From positions 51,460,001-51,524,000 of the forward strand of contig NC_042997.1 in assembly GCF_006345805.1 (NCBI RefSeq): 64,000 bases of DNA, written 5' to 3'. Source of the stretch: Octopus sinensis. Taxonomy: Eukaryota. The position numbers and the translations under genes are program-made. Positions 39,104 through 50,809 of the stretch are shown here, piece by piece. The notes below the pieces were generated by a model, which did no database searches, was not told the DNA's origin, and saw nothing but the letters and a program-made list of their open reading frames with translations. Position 1 is the first letter of the stretch. Each line of letters begins with the position of its first letter.

Positions 39104-39149
39104 AACAAAACGTTTCGGCTGATATACTCTCCAGCCTTCATCAGGTGTC
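39104..39149 (-). ncRNA. Minimal type-I hammerhead ribozyme (Penelope type), core intact
   Basis: GACAC-CUGAUGA-A-GGCUG(GAGAGUAUAU)CAGCC-GAAAC-GUU-UUGUU: conserved core, 5-bp stem II, palindromic AACGUU stem III; one stem I mismatch. Confidence 0.75.
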
Positions 39150-39200
39150 TTGGGGAAATTTCAAACCTGGGTTCTCATTCCTAAGGTATTTTTCGATGTT

Positions 39201-39293
39201 ACCAGTTCTTGTCTGATCACCGAAGTTAAGCAACGTCGAGCCTAGTCAGTACTTAGATGGGTTGACTGCTTGGGAAACCTAGGTGCAGTAAGC
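39201..39293 (+). pseudogene. 5'-truncated 5S rRNA retrocopy
   Basis: accagttcttgtctgatcaccgaagttaagcaacgtcgagcctagtcagtacttagatgggttgactgcttgggaaacctaggtgcagtaagc matches 5S from about nt 27 to the end, with box A (agttaagc) and box C; no oligo-T terminator. Confidence 0.9.
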
Positions 39294-39306
39294 ATAGCAC
39301 ATTGTT

Positions 39307-40821
39307 AGTCCTCCAGGCAATAATGGAGGAATTCAAGACAGGATTCCCCTGGGAGCTCCTCTATGCTGATGACCTTGCTCTAATTGCTGAGTCACTATCA
39401 TAACTGGAGGAGAAGTTTCAGGTGTGGAAGCAAGGATTAGAATCGAAGGGCTTTAGAGTCAACCTAGCTAAAACCAAAGTCCTAATAAGTAGGAAGGTAG
39501 ACAAGTCACAAACGTCTTCAGGTAGATGGCCTTGCTCGATCTGTAGGAAAGGCGTAGGTAGAAACTCTATAAGATGCACCAAGTGTAAGCTATGGACATA
39601 TAAGAGGTGCAGCAACGTCAAGGGAAGGCTAACTAGGAAGATGGTTTTTGTATGTGGCAGATGCTCAGGAGCAATAAACACTGAAAATGCGCAGAGAGCA
39701 ACTTCCGCCACATTCCAGGGAGAAAAACTAGAAATAGTTGATAGCTTCCATTACCTAGGTGATCAAGTCAGTAGCGTGGGCGGGTGTGTTGAAAGTGTAA
39801 CTGTTAGAGTAAGAATAGCTTGGGCAAAGTTCAGAGAGCTCTTACCTCTGCTAGGGGCAAAAGGCCTCTCGCTCAGAGTAAAAGGCATGTGTACGAACAG
39901 CCATGCTACATGGCCGTGACTGCTGAGGATATGCATAAGCTCGCAAGAAATGAAGCCAGCATGCTCCGATGGATGTGTAATGTCAGTGTTCATACTCGAC
40001 AGAGTGTAAGTACCTTGAGAGAAAAGTTGGACCTAAGAAGCATCATTTGCGGTGTGCAAGAGAGACGTTTGCGCTGGTATGGCCATGTGGCGAGAATGGA
40101 TGAAGATAGTTGTGTGAAAACGTGCCACACCCTACCTGTTGAGGGAACCTGTGGAAGAGGCAGACCCAGGAAAACCTGGGATGAGGTGGTGAAGCACGAC
40201 CTTCGACCTTTAGGTCTCACTAAGGAAATGACTAGAGACCGAGACCTTGGAAGTATGCTGTGCGTGAGAAGACCCGGCAGGACAAGTGAGACCATGCCTC
40301 AGTCCACTTATGCATACCTTTCCTTCTTGGGACACAAAACTGTACTTGTGAAGACCTGTTGAGGCAAGTGAAAATCAAAATCAAAATCAAAATCAAAAAT
40401 CAAAATCGATCAACATGAATGGAAATTGTAGCTGTGATACCAGTGCCGGTGGCACATAAGAGAACCATCCGAATGTGGCTGTTGCCAGCGCTGCCCCGAC
40501 TGGCTTCCTTGCTGGTGGCACGTAAAAAGCACCATCCGATCGTGGCCGTTGCCAGCCTCGCCTGGCCTCGGTGCCAGTGGCACGTAAAAAGCACCATCCA
40601 ATCATGGCCGTTTGCCAGCCTCGTCTGGCACCTGTGCCAGTGGCACGTAAAAAGCACCCACTACACTCATGGAGTGGTTGGCATTAGGAAGGGCATCCAG
40701 CCTTAGAAACATTGCCAGATCAGACTGGGCCTGGTGCAGCCTTCTGGCTTCCCAGACCCCAGTTGCACCGTCCAACCCATGTCAGCATGGAAAGCGGACG
40801 CTAAATGATGATGATGATGAT
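39307..40821 (+). mobile_element. 5'-truncated RTE LINE
   Basis: PWELLYADDLA at ~39346-39378, RLRWYGHVARM, GRGRPRKTW, 3' UTR array (40440-40655) and (GAT)n tail; two microhomology deletions near 39880-39915. Confidence 0.95.
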
Positions 40822-41052
40822 TATTATTATTATTCAAGTCACTGCCTGGAACTGAACTCAGAACCTTGGGGTTTGTAGCCCGTGCTTTTAACCACTATGC
40901 CATAAGACCATGGGTATATGGCATAGTGATTAAGCGCACAGGCCACTAACTCCAAGATTCCGAGTTCGGTTCCAGGCAATGACCTGAATAATAATAATAA
41001 TAACATCGTAAAATACCTTAGGAATGAGAACCCAGGTTTGAAATTTCCCCAA

Positions 41053-41098
41053 GACACCTGATGAAGGCTGGGGAGTATATCAGCCAAAACGTTTTGTT
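41053..41098 (+). ncRNA. Minimal hammerhead ribozyme copy, probably inactive (G12>A)
   Basis: gacacctgatgaaggctggggagtatatcagccaaaacgttttgtt; GAAAC has become AAAAC at 41086 (CpG-type change). Confidence 0.65.
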
Positions 41099-41208
41099 AA
41101 CAACAAACAAGATGAGGACAAATATCCATCAAGTATAAATAATGTAAATAATGTAGACAGGTAAGACCTCTGTAATTCTCCCTCTGCTTAAGTCTTTTCC
41201 TCCTTCAC

Positions 41209-41658
41209 ACAAAACGTGAAGCTCATTTTTACAAAAGATAAGTGAGGTGAGATGTATGAAGCCTAGACTATTATTGGTAATTAGCTTATAACTCTTAGTT
41301 GGTTGAAAGGCAAAGTTGTCCATTGCTGAATTAAAATTCAGAACACAGAAGGATAAAATTAATTTTGCAAGCCTGTTTTTACTATTACTGTCAGTTCAAT
41401 ACAGCCATGCATTGTGAATAATAATTGATTTCTAATAGTGTCATAAGGCTTAGAAGAGAGAAGTATAATCAATTGAACTGATTCTAGTATATGCCTGGTA
41501 TTTAACTGATTCATGAAAGATAAGAAGCAAATCAACTACAGCTGGGCTTCAACTCAAAACACAAGGGAATAAATACAATACTGTAAGGAATTTATCTAGT
41601 CTAGAATTCAACCATCTCTCCCGTTCAACTGACTTAGATCTTTGATATTAACATTTCT
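41209..41658 (+). repeat. ~450-bp direct repeat, copy 2 (downstream of the Gypsy 3' LTR)
   Basis: Colinear with 35220-35672. Confidence 0.95.
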
Positions 41659-42539
41659 TTATCAATTTTGGTTCTAAATAGATTGCTTTTTGGCATTGTG
41701 TTGTTTACTTATGCAAGGCACATTATTCTATTTATCTCAGTCAATCTAACAGAACGAAAAGAAAGAAAAGAAAAATAACTGGGAACACTACAATTTCCTG
41801 GCTCACTTGCAGCAATTCATTCTTGAAATTATATTCAGCTTTATAAAAAATATATCTGCTCCAACAATTCCTGTAACATCCAAATTTCAAGAGCCATACT
41901 ATGAAAAAACAGATTTAGAAATGTCAAACATGAATAAATAATAACTAAAAAAAAAGGATGATAAACAAGGAAAGAAAGTAAAACTGACCATCTTAGAATC
42001 AATACTGATGTTTGTAAAGTGCTTTTACATTTCCTGAAATATGAAACAGATTGTGAGGAACATTGTTTGAAGAACTAGGTTTTGAATATAGGTATCTTAA
42101 AGAACTGATACAATAGTTGTATATGAAACCAGAATGTTTAAAAAAATAATAGGGAATATGTGTGTGATAATAATAAACCAAAAAAAATCTAAATTTTACA
42201 CTTATTGATATTACCCTTTACAATATAATGAAATAATTCCTTCTATTAAAAAAGTAAATTCTTTTACCATCTGTTGATAAACACTAGTAGTTCAGTATTC
42301 CAGTAAGCAACACTTATTCGGTTGTGTTTATTCAGTTCTAATAAGCAGCTAAAATAAGTTGACAAAGAAAAGCATTGTAAGCTAGGTTTTCCTAAATTAT
42401 ATAAGTTGCTGCTTGATAAAAACAGTGAGATAAAAAAGAAACAGATCATTTTGAAATTATTTATAGAAACTGTAACAAAGCGCCAATGTAATATATTTTA
42501 ATTTGGTTTATTTCATTAAATGTTTTCTATCTTGGTGTT

Positions 42540-43900
42540 GAAGGAATTTATCCAAGAAAGAACAAGGAGGGAAGTGACTAATGTCTATGTTGCAAATTTT
42601 AGGGAGAGTTTCCACATGTCCTCAAAGAAGGAGTTGGCAAGAAATATGACTAATGTGTGGCAGGAGGTTTGTGCCATTTCAACCACAGCAGGGCACATGG
42701 AAGCCTAGGGGTTTAAGATTGATAATGAGGTGAGAAATCAAGCAGAGCCACTACATCACCTACCTGTCCATATACTGGTGTCATAATACATAGGAAAAAA
42801 GACCACAGCTGGAGATATTATATTGGTGTTAACTCAGGGCTTGTCTTATTTTTGCATTTCATTTTTACTTGTAGTATCTGGACGAAGGAGTAGTGCCCAT
42901 AGTTATCACAGACCCTCCAAGAATTAATACCATTAATGTTCCTCTTAAACATTTACAAGTTAGTACCCAGAGGAAAAATATGAGAAGAGAGGGAATAACA
43001 GAGGGTTGAGGTTATGGGAAGAAAAGACTAGGCATAAGGATTAGTGCAGGGCTTGAATGTGTTAGACATTACAAGAGTGATGAGAGGAGGTGGAACAAGT
43101 GGGACAGGAATGTCTGAGTGGAAGTTGTATGAACCTAGCTAGGTCCGAGGAACATAAGCCATTGTAGTAGCCTTAGAAAAAGCTACAGCAATGTTGAAAA
43201 GGCAGAGAAGAGAAGAGATAATGTGCTTGTAGACCAGAAACTAAAGTGTATTTCTGAGAGATGATGACAATTAATTAAGTGACTGTTTTCTGGATGCAGT
43301 CTTAGATGCTTGTGTATTTAGTTGTAGTACCATTCCAGATGTGAGAATAGCTACTCTATTGTGGACCTCAGCTTTAAAGAAAATAAAACTAACCATTTCG
43401 ATAATTGTTGGGGAGTTGAAGTATTTTCTGTCTCTGAAGTGATGGGCAAATTGTTGGGATCCAGTCATAGTTACATTAAGGATGTGCTTTTACCAGGTGG
43501 GATCCTAGGCAATAGTGAGGCAGTTCAACATTTGAAGCAATTGCAAGGGCTTTGGCTGCATACTGCTCAAGATTAAAATGGGTACAATGTAATATTTTTT
43601 ATATATCTGAACAGTGCTTGTGTTTTCTTACTGTTGACAGAAAAAGATCAGTATATTGCAAATGGAGGATGCTTTTGAAGTTTCTATTCTTGGAGTTTAT
43701 GTGCATTTGGTATGTGGCGTCTAGGTTGTGTGTGGGTGATGCATGGTTTGGAAGATTAGTAGTTTCATCTGCATAGGAATACATAGGTATTGTGGGACAT
43801 AACATCAAATAAGTCAATGATGCATAGAAGAAAGAAACTTAGGGACAAAAACTAAACCCTTGAACACATTGGATATAATGTGGGATAGAAAGAGCTCCAT
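42540..43900 (-). mobile_element. Decayed L2/Jockey-type LINE piece(s)
   Basis: FKAEVH...SHIW-like and LCSSDLARFI...SLFFP-like post-RT motifs across frameshifts; a second 3'-end-like piece at 42540-42720. Confidence 0.5.
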
Positions 43901-44029
43901 CAACATATACTGTGATACTGCAATCTGATAAGATGTTATAAATGCAACAGATGACATGGCTTAATTTGATTCAACATGGAAAAACTCACCTGGTCTGGAC
44001 ATCGTACACACACACACTTTTATATTTAT

Positions 44030-44052
44030 ACATATATATAAATACAAATATA

Positions 44053-44143
<91 letters not shown>
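44030..44143. repeat. (TA)n microsatellite
   Basis: Directly visible. Confidence 0.95.
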
Positions 44144-44877
44144 TAATATTAGGAAAGTTATTTCCGAATCCACAGGGAAGAGAAGTTCAATTTAATGGTA
44201 CTAAAATGAATTACTCACTGTATTATATACATATAAATAGGTTTAAGAGACAGAATCACCCTCAAGCAACTCAATCATCATTGAATGACATTATCCACAA
44301 TATGTACATATAGGACTAAATATTAAAAAATTATCAAAATTAATACCTACAATTCTTATTCTAAATTATCAAAATTAATACCTTCAATTCTTATTACAAA
44401 TCATATACTTTACATTATCTAGACTACATGCATTTCATGACAACATTTTCCTCGATATTGCTGAAATAGAATGTCTCTATACAATACTATATTAAAACGA
44501 TTATATTGCCAATCTTCAGGTCTATCTAATATGAACTTATTTTGCTATTTACATCATATATTAATACATGACAAACTAAAATTATATAACTAGAAGTTGT
44601 TGGAATAATTTTACTTTAGTAAATATGTATGCATAATATATAATATATATATATCATAAAAATATGTTAGTGTTATTTAATTTCTGAACAGTTTTGCTGC
44701 CATTTGCTAATGTAGTTTGATTTCTTTATCCATCAGTTTCTACTAAGACAGAGACACAAGTAAAATTAATTATAGAGAAATGAAAATAAAACTTTGGAAG
44801 CACCTTAAAGGGAGATAATTGAGAAAGACTTGAAAGTCAACTTAAGATTGTAATAATGCAAAGTAAATATAACAAAT

Positions 44878-45072
44878 AATCCAGAATCCTTTTCCGGTAC
44901 CAGATTAATCCCAAAATCTAATCAGTTCATGCCAGTCACAAGGCCAAACATCCCTGAATGTTTCATCCAAATATATCAAGCGGTTCCTGAGATATCTTGT
45001 CCATGGACAAACAAACAAATAAACAAGCACAACTGAAAACAATACCTCTATCTTCGTTAAGGCAGAGGTAAT
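44878..45072 (+). mobile_element. Non-autonomous Helentron-like (HINE-type) element 3' part
   Basis: aaaatctaatcagttcatgcc...ggttcctgagatatc...acaaacaaac...acctctatcttcgttaaggcagaggt terminal hairpin. Confidence 0.6.
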
Positions 45073-45084
45073 CATAAGAAAACC

Positions 45085-45192
45085 ATGGACAGTATCTCCC
45101 AAGACTAAACAGAAAGGAAGTAAGCTGAAATGAAAGCCAACACTGGCTCAAAATCTCTGGACTAAAAGCAGAGACAGATAAGAGCCTGATTT
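45085..45192 (+). mobile_element. Short RLE-LINE fragment
   Basis: WLKISGLKAETD-like sequence; near-identical to the reverse complement of 48050-48150. Confidence 0.65.
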
Positions 45193-45756
45193 TACATACA
45201 TACATGAATATACATATGTATGCATGTTTGTATGTATGTGGGGCTCTGGTATGGGAGTTTGGGTGTTTTGAGGAGTGTAAAATCACCTTTTATCCACTAT
45301 TTTCCCCAGGTCTACTCTGATGCAAACTAGTAGCACCTGTTAGGGTCACAGCAATAGGTTAACTAGCATGTGGACCACTGGAAGTGAAGAACCCATAGTT
45401 CTCACTTAAACTTTCTTCTAGGATAAGGGAAACTTGTTTTAAAAAACCTGAAGTGCAGTCAGTTTCTGGTTGTCTCAAGCTCTGTTGTGCTACTGGTGTT
45501 ATGGCTGATTGTACTGAAAAGTGGGTTCAGTACTGTACAACACTTTATCTACTCAAAACCAATTCCTGCACAGGAACTTCTTGGACACTCAAATCATTTG
45601 CAAGGGCTTACTGAGTTTAGGAAGTGGTTTTTACCAGGTCACAAGTTGGCTTCCACCTTGTATATATATATATTGAGTCTGTAGTGATGTACAGATTTTA
45701 TTTAAAAAAAAAGAAAAAAATAGTCTGAAGCTGGAAATATATATTTTTATTACTTG

Positions 45757-45915
45757 GGTGCAGGAATGACTGTGGTATGAAGCTTGCTTCCCAACCACAT
45801 GGTTCTGGGTCCAGTCTCACAGCATGGCATCTTGGGCAAGTGTCTTCTACTATAGCTTTGGGCCGACCAAAACCTTGTGAGTGGATTTGGTAGACTGAAA
45901 CTGAAAGACACCCAT

Positions 45916-45946
<31 letters not shown>

Positions 45947-46158
45947 ATATATATGTATGTGTCTGTATTTGTCCCTCCCACCATCACTTGACAACCAATG
46001 TTGATGTGCTTACATCCCCATCATTTAGTGGCTTGGCAAAAGAGACTGATAGAATAAGTACTAGGCTTACAAAGAATAAGTCCTGAGGTCGATTTGTTTG
46101 ACTAAAGGTGGTGCTCCAGCATGGAGGTAGTTAAATGACTGAAACAAGTAATAGAATA
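45757..46158 (+). mobile_element. Full-length SINE family A (CpG-decayed)
   Basis: Head, internal (TA)/(TG) tract and 3' body colinear with 27580 and 61583. Confidence 0.9.
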
Positions 46159-46298
46159 AAAAAAGAATAATTTTTATCTGGGATTCTTGCAGCATTCTTT
46201 GTTGGTATGAGTATGCTCTAAATTCTCCATTTGTAGCAAGTCCTGTGAAATATCTTTCTCTTTCCCAGCCTTTTATATTCATGTTAGTTCATGCGAGA

Positions 46299-47325
46299 TC
46301 ATCATCATCATCATTGTCGTTTAATGTCCACTTTCCATCCTGGCATAAGTTTGATAGTTTGACTGAGAACTGGTAAGCCAGGAGGCTGCACCAGGCCCCA
46401 ATCTGCTTTGGCAAGGTTTCTACAGCTGGATGCCTTTCCTAACACCAACCACTCCAAGTGTGTGGTGGGTGCTTTTTATGTGCCACTGGCACAGGTGCCA
46501 GTCAGGCAGCACTGACATCAACCACACTTGGATGTTGATTTTTATGTGCCACCAGCACAGGTGCCAGTCAGATGGCACTAGCATCATCCACACTTGAATG
46601 GTACTTTTTATGAATGGTACTTTTTATGACATTGGCCACATTCGAATGGTACTTTTTACATGACACCGGCACTGGCATTGGCAATGACATTGATTTTACT
46701 TGGTTCAACAGGTCTTCACAAGCACAGCCTATCACCCAATGATTGGAGGGTACTTTTAAATGGGCCAGTTATGCAACACTGGCATCAGCCACGACTATGA
46801 CCTCACTTGGCTTGCCAGGTTTTCTCAAGCACAGCATATCTCCAAAGGTTACGCTCACTAGTCATTCCCTCTGTGAGGCCCAATGTTTGAAGGTCATGCT
46901 TCACCACCTCATCCCATGTCTTTCTGGGTCTACCTCTTTGACAGGTTCCCTCTACCATTAGGGTGTGACACTTCTTCACACAGCTGTCTTCATCCATAAA
47001 GATCATATGGCCATACCAGTGCAGTCGTCTCTCTTGCACACCACATCTGATGCTTCTTATGTCCAACTTTTCTCTCAGGATGCTTACACTCTGTTATGCA
47101 TGTGGACTGACATTACACATCCAACAGAGTATACTAGCTTAATTTCTTTCAAGCCTACACATGTCCTCAACAGTCACAGACCATGTTTCACTGCTGTGTA
47201 GCATTGCTGTTCACACACAGGCATCATACAGTCTGCCATTCACTCTGAGTGAGAGGCCCTTCGGTAGGAGCTCTCTGAACTTTACCCAGCCTATTCTTAT
47301 TCTAGCAGCTATGCTCCCAGAGCAT
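46299..47325 (-). mobile_element. Older 5'-truncated RTE LINE
   Basis: ORF 46803-47066 RRLHWYGHM...GRPRKTWDEVVKHDL; degenerate 3' array at 46475-46690. Confidence 0.92.
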
Positions 47326-47339
47326 CCACGAATTTGTTA

Positions 47340-48300
47340 TATCTTGTATGGTTGTTTGTGGGAGTGTTACATTTTGGAATTGTAGTGTATGTTTGTGTTT
47401 GAAGTATTCTTGAGGTCATTTCTGCATATATTATTGGATGTTTGGAAGACTGATATCTTTATCTAATTCTTGTGATCTACTATCATGCTTTTCTTTGATT
47501 TATCTGTATTTTCTTAATGTGGTTTTGTTTCTATTATGGATTTTTCTCAGTGGTGTTTTACTCATAATCATTAAACCAGTTGTTGTTTTTCCCATATTCT
47601 TATAGATTTTCTCCTCTTCTTGTTTGGTGTCTTCTTTCCATAATTGCTGCAGTTTTTCTGGGTTACATTTTAACAAGAAGAGACAGAGATGTTTATCAGA
47701 GTGCAGACATTTTTGTTTGAGTCCTTGATATATGCATCTGGAAGCTTTACCTCATAAATCACCTTATAGGTCAACATGACATGTTCTAGATATTTGTGCT
47801 CAGGTTGTTTGGTACATGTTTTTACCACTTCTTATCTGTTTTCATATCAACACGTGGGTATATGCCCTACTGGACTACCTGCCAACATGCTTGAGTCTGT
47901 GAATATAATTGTACTTACTAAGAAATTATGTGATCAAGCATCTCAATGCATTAATCACACAATCTCCCATTGTTATTAGCATAATTTTTCATTCTTTTAT
48001 TTTGTAATCATATGTAACCAGGTCATTGGTGCAGTGCAGCTAAAATCAGGTCCTTCTGTCTCTGCTTTTAGTCCAGAGCTTTTGAGCCATTGATGGCTTT
48101 CATTTCAGTTTACTTCCTTTCTGTTTAGTCTTGGGAGATATTGTTCTTGTTTTTCTTCTTATTTTACTTTGGCATATTTTGAAATCCTGTTTCGATTTTC
48201 TTGTGTCTTTGTAACTTTTCTATTGTTTCTTCTTTAACTGTAGTTAGTTTTTTGTTTGTACTTTAGTGTTTCCTTATATATAAAGAGAAACATTTTTTGT
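47340..48300 (-). mobile_element. Decayed RLE-encoding LINE (R4/NeSL-like) C-terminal part
   Basis: HQWLKSSGLKAETEG...AA, followed by decayed CCHC/RHD and PD-(D/E)xK-like segments. Confidence 0.65.
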
Positions 48301-49004
48301 TGTCTTCATCTTTCCTTATTACACTGATGTTATTTTGTCATATTTTTTATATTCATGTCAAACCGTATTCTCCCTGTGTCTGTGATAGGCATATTCTATA
48401 TCAGTTGTGGGATGGTGGCTTTAGAATGCTGTTAGTGAGTTTTTGCTTTTTTTTGTCTCTAATCTTTTCAATTCACTTAGCTTCCAGTTATGTTAAGCTG
48501 TAGTTTAAAACTAGAATGTATTGTATATTTATAACGACTATCTTATTTCTAACACTGAATTTAGCTTTTGTAATTAGTCTGACTCTTCTGAAGTACTCTT
48601 TCCTAACTTTATTCATTTCTCTGGGTTATTTATTAATTTTTTTTTTTAGTTTCATCTACTGCTAAGTACTTGCATGAATAGTTCTGGTTTAATTCTCTGA
48701 TTTTGGTGTGTGTGTGTGTACATATAGAACTAGTTTTAATTAAGGCTGTAATGCTTTGTTAGTATTTAGGCTGCTTTACTTAAGTGGTGTATTTCATATT
48801 CATGAAAGGTAACCACTTCAAGTTATAGTAAGGGTTTATTTTACTCTTTTTGCTGACTTCTATAATAGCTCAAGTCACTAGAAGCCCTTCTTTACATTAC
48901 TATTATTCTTACATCCTTTGTCATCTGAAAGAAATTATTATTATTTTGCTAGTGCATGCTAATTTAGTTAGCAGGTATTTTATTTTGAGGCTTGGCGACA
49001 AGTC

Positions 49005-49620
49005 TCCTCTTATCTCATGAATCTTTCTTAGGATCCTTGCAGAATACAGGATGGTACTTTTCTGCAAATGGACAATGTGAGTTTCAATTCCAATTTCTTT
49101 CAGTCTTTTAGGTAGTATTTTGGGTGCTGTGCCAAGCATGCCAAATGCTACATGAATAATTGCTGTCTTAGTCTTCCATAGCCTTCTCAGCATTCTGGCA
49201 AGATCCTAAAATTTCTTGATTTTTTCCTATTTCTTTGTATCAACTCTATTATCATAGGAAATTGCAAAATCTATAATCTTGCATTTTGTTTACTTTGTCT
49301 TCTATAATCATGTCTGGTCTTCTTGCTTCAATAGTCTTTATGGTGTAGTTCTACAAAATCTTGTAATTCTAATTTATTTATGACAGCCTCTGGTTTGTGT
49401 TCACATCACTTTACTGTTGTTTTGAAGCCATACACTCAGCCAACATTCTAAAGCACTCTTTTGCTTACACAGTCATGACTATGCTTATACTCCTTTTGTG
49501 CTAGTATACTGCACCCACTCAAAATGTGATGGATACTTTTGTCTCCTTTTCTGAAAATTCTATATTTGCCATCTGACTAAGTTTTGTCAATCGTTGCCTT
49601 TATCAGATTTGTTCTAAGGG
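49005..49620 (-). mobile_element. R4/Dong-like LINE 3' fragment
   Basis: SIHHILSGCSILAQKEYKHSHD; FGMLGTAPKILPKRLKEIG...LQKSTILYSARILRK. Confidence 0.8.
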
Positions 49621-49722
49621 CTTGTTCTTGAGTGGCTATAATTAGCATTTCTGTTTCTTGTTTCAAATTCCTGTCCATCAACCAAAACCAGTAATCTTCA
49701 CTTTCAACATTCTTTGTCTAGT

Positions 49723-50232
49723 GGCTGTAGCGAAAGAGGTGGTATGGTGAACCCATTTGAAAGGGCTAAAGTCAGACACTTTCCTCTTTGGCCAAGGCCT
49801 CATCAACTTTTTCAAGTTCCACTTGAAAAGGAAGATAGAGTAGAGAGGGAAGTGCTGTCTTGTGGCAAATTTATTGAAAGGTGGGTGAATGTTGGCAGAA
49901 TGGCCAGTATGAACAGACCAATTCTGAGGATACACCTGTAAAAAAAGGTAATATAAAAGGAGAAAGGTGTTCTCTACCCCCCTTTTGACCAGGCTCCCGT
50001 GGCTTTTATGGATTTTTCCACGAGTAACCTTTTGAAGCGCCTCCCCCTATTGGGAGTTTTTACTTGTTATATTTTCGTTGTTATCTTGCATTTTTACACG
50101 GACTTTACAAACATACAAAACCCTTTTTGTAACTTTCATCTTATATTTTGTCCTTACATGTTTTATTTTATTTTTGTTAGCCCTTGTGAGCCCTTGTGGC
50201 CAAGAAATGAATTAATTATTATTATTATTATT
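49723..50232 (+). mobile_element. Tx1/L1-clade LINE 3' fragment with (TAT)n tail
   Basis: AVAKEVVW*THLKGLKSDTF...NFFKFHLKRKI/RVEREVLS..KFIERWVNV...L*, then a 3' UTR and attattatta tail. Confidence 0.65.
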
Positions 50233-50440
50233 AAGGTAGCAAACTGGCAAAATTATTATCACGCTAGATGAAATGCTTTTTGGCATGTCATCCATTTTTA
50301 CATTCTGAGTTCATATTCTACCAAAGATGACTTTGCCTTTCATCCTTTTGGTGTTGATGAAATAAGTATCAGTTGAGCACTGGGGTTGATGTAATTGATA
50401 AACTCCCTCCCCACAAAATTTCAAGCCTTCCTAGTGAAGA
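50233..50440 (+). mobile_element. SINE family B inserted after a (TAT)n tract
   Basis: aaggtagcaaactggcaaaa...tacattctgagttca...gactttgcctttcatcc...gttgagcactgggg. Confidence 0.8.
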
Positions 50441-50445
50441 AAGAG

Positions 50446-50750
50446 TTATTATTATTATTCAGTAGTCTTATTTTTATCACATGCTTTCACTGTTCTACCA
50501 AGCACAGCTCTGGATGTTTTGGGTACATGCTGTGGTGTGCTGTAATGCTCTCATTTTTACTGTATAGAAAGTGTTTTACATAGGATGTGTGCAGTGCCTA
50601 GTAGTGCTATTTTTTGTATGCTATATATACTTGTAAATCCTGGTGTTTTTGTTATGTGTCTGAATATTTTTTTATCATACCTAATGCATCTACTATGATA
50701 GGAATTGCTTCTATTTTTAAACTCCTCATTCAAGTTACCTCTATTTCTAG
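50446..50750 (-). mobile_element. RLE-LINE 3' end, family 2
   Basis: TKTPGFTSIYSIQKIALLGTAHILCKTLSIQ*, 3' UTR and (AAT)n tail; sister copy at 52558. Confidence 0.85.
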
Positions 50751-50809
50751 GTCTTTTATTGTTGTTGTTGTTCATTGAAGATATTGTGTCTAACCGAGAG
50801 TTTGTATAG

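Larger units (their letters stand above)
39023..41153. mobile_element. Palindromic tRNA-head/Penelope pseudo-LTR element (arms 39023-39200 plus 40821-40909, and 40910-41153)
   Basis: The arms are reverse complements about gccataagaccatgggtatatggc; each carries a tRNA-like head, (AAT)n and a hammerhead core; flanked by an 11-bp TSD. Confidence 0.85.
35673..41210 (+). mobile_element. Decayed Ty3/Gypsy LTR retrotransposon with nested insertions in its 3' LTR
   Basis: TG...CA LTRs, gag-pro-RT-IN order, G-rich PPT before the 3' LTR. Confidence 0.95.
38767..41210 (+). repeat. Gypsy 3' LTR, split (38767-39022 and 41154-41210)
   Basis: tgtgacattatgagctagg...gactgacccc [insert] agacaggtaagacctctgtaattctcc...ccttcaca; 11-bp TSD tagacaggtaa at 39012 and 41154. 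Confidence 0.9.

Noticed and set aside
39201-39293. Functional 5S rRNA gene
   Set aside because: It lacks the first ~26 nt, has several substitutions and no T-run terminator, and is fused to a LINE.
40834-40986. Functional tRNA genes in the palindrome centre (and at 60568)
   Set aside because: A/B-box-like motifs are present, but no proper acceptor stem or cloverleaf could be folded; they are better explained as SINE-like heads.
43942-44173. YIYIYI/CVCV/THTH ORFs (also at 29868, 30121, 60267, 60682, 61415, 62540 and 63500)
   Set aside because: Microsatellite translations.
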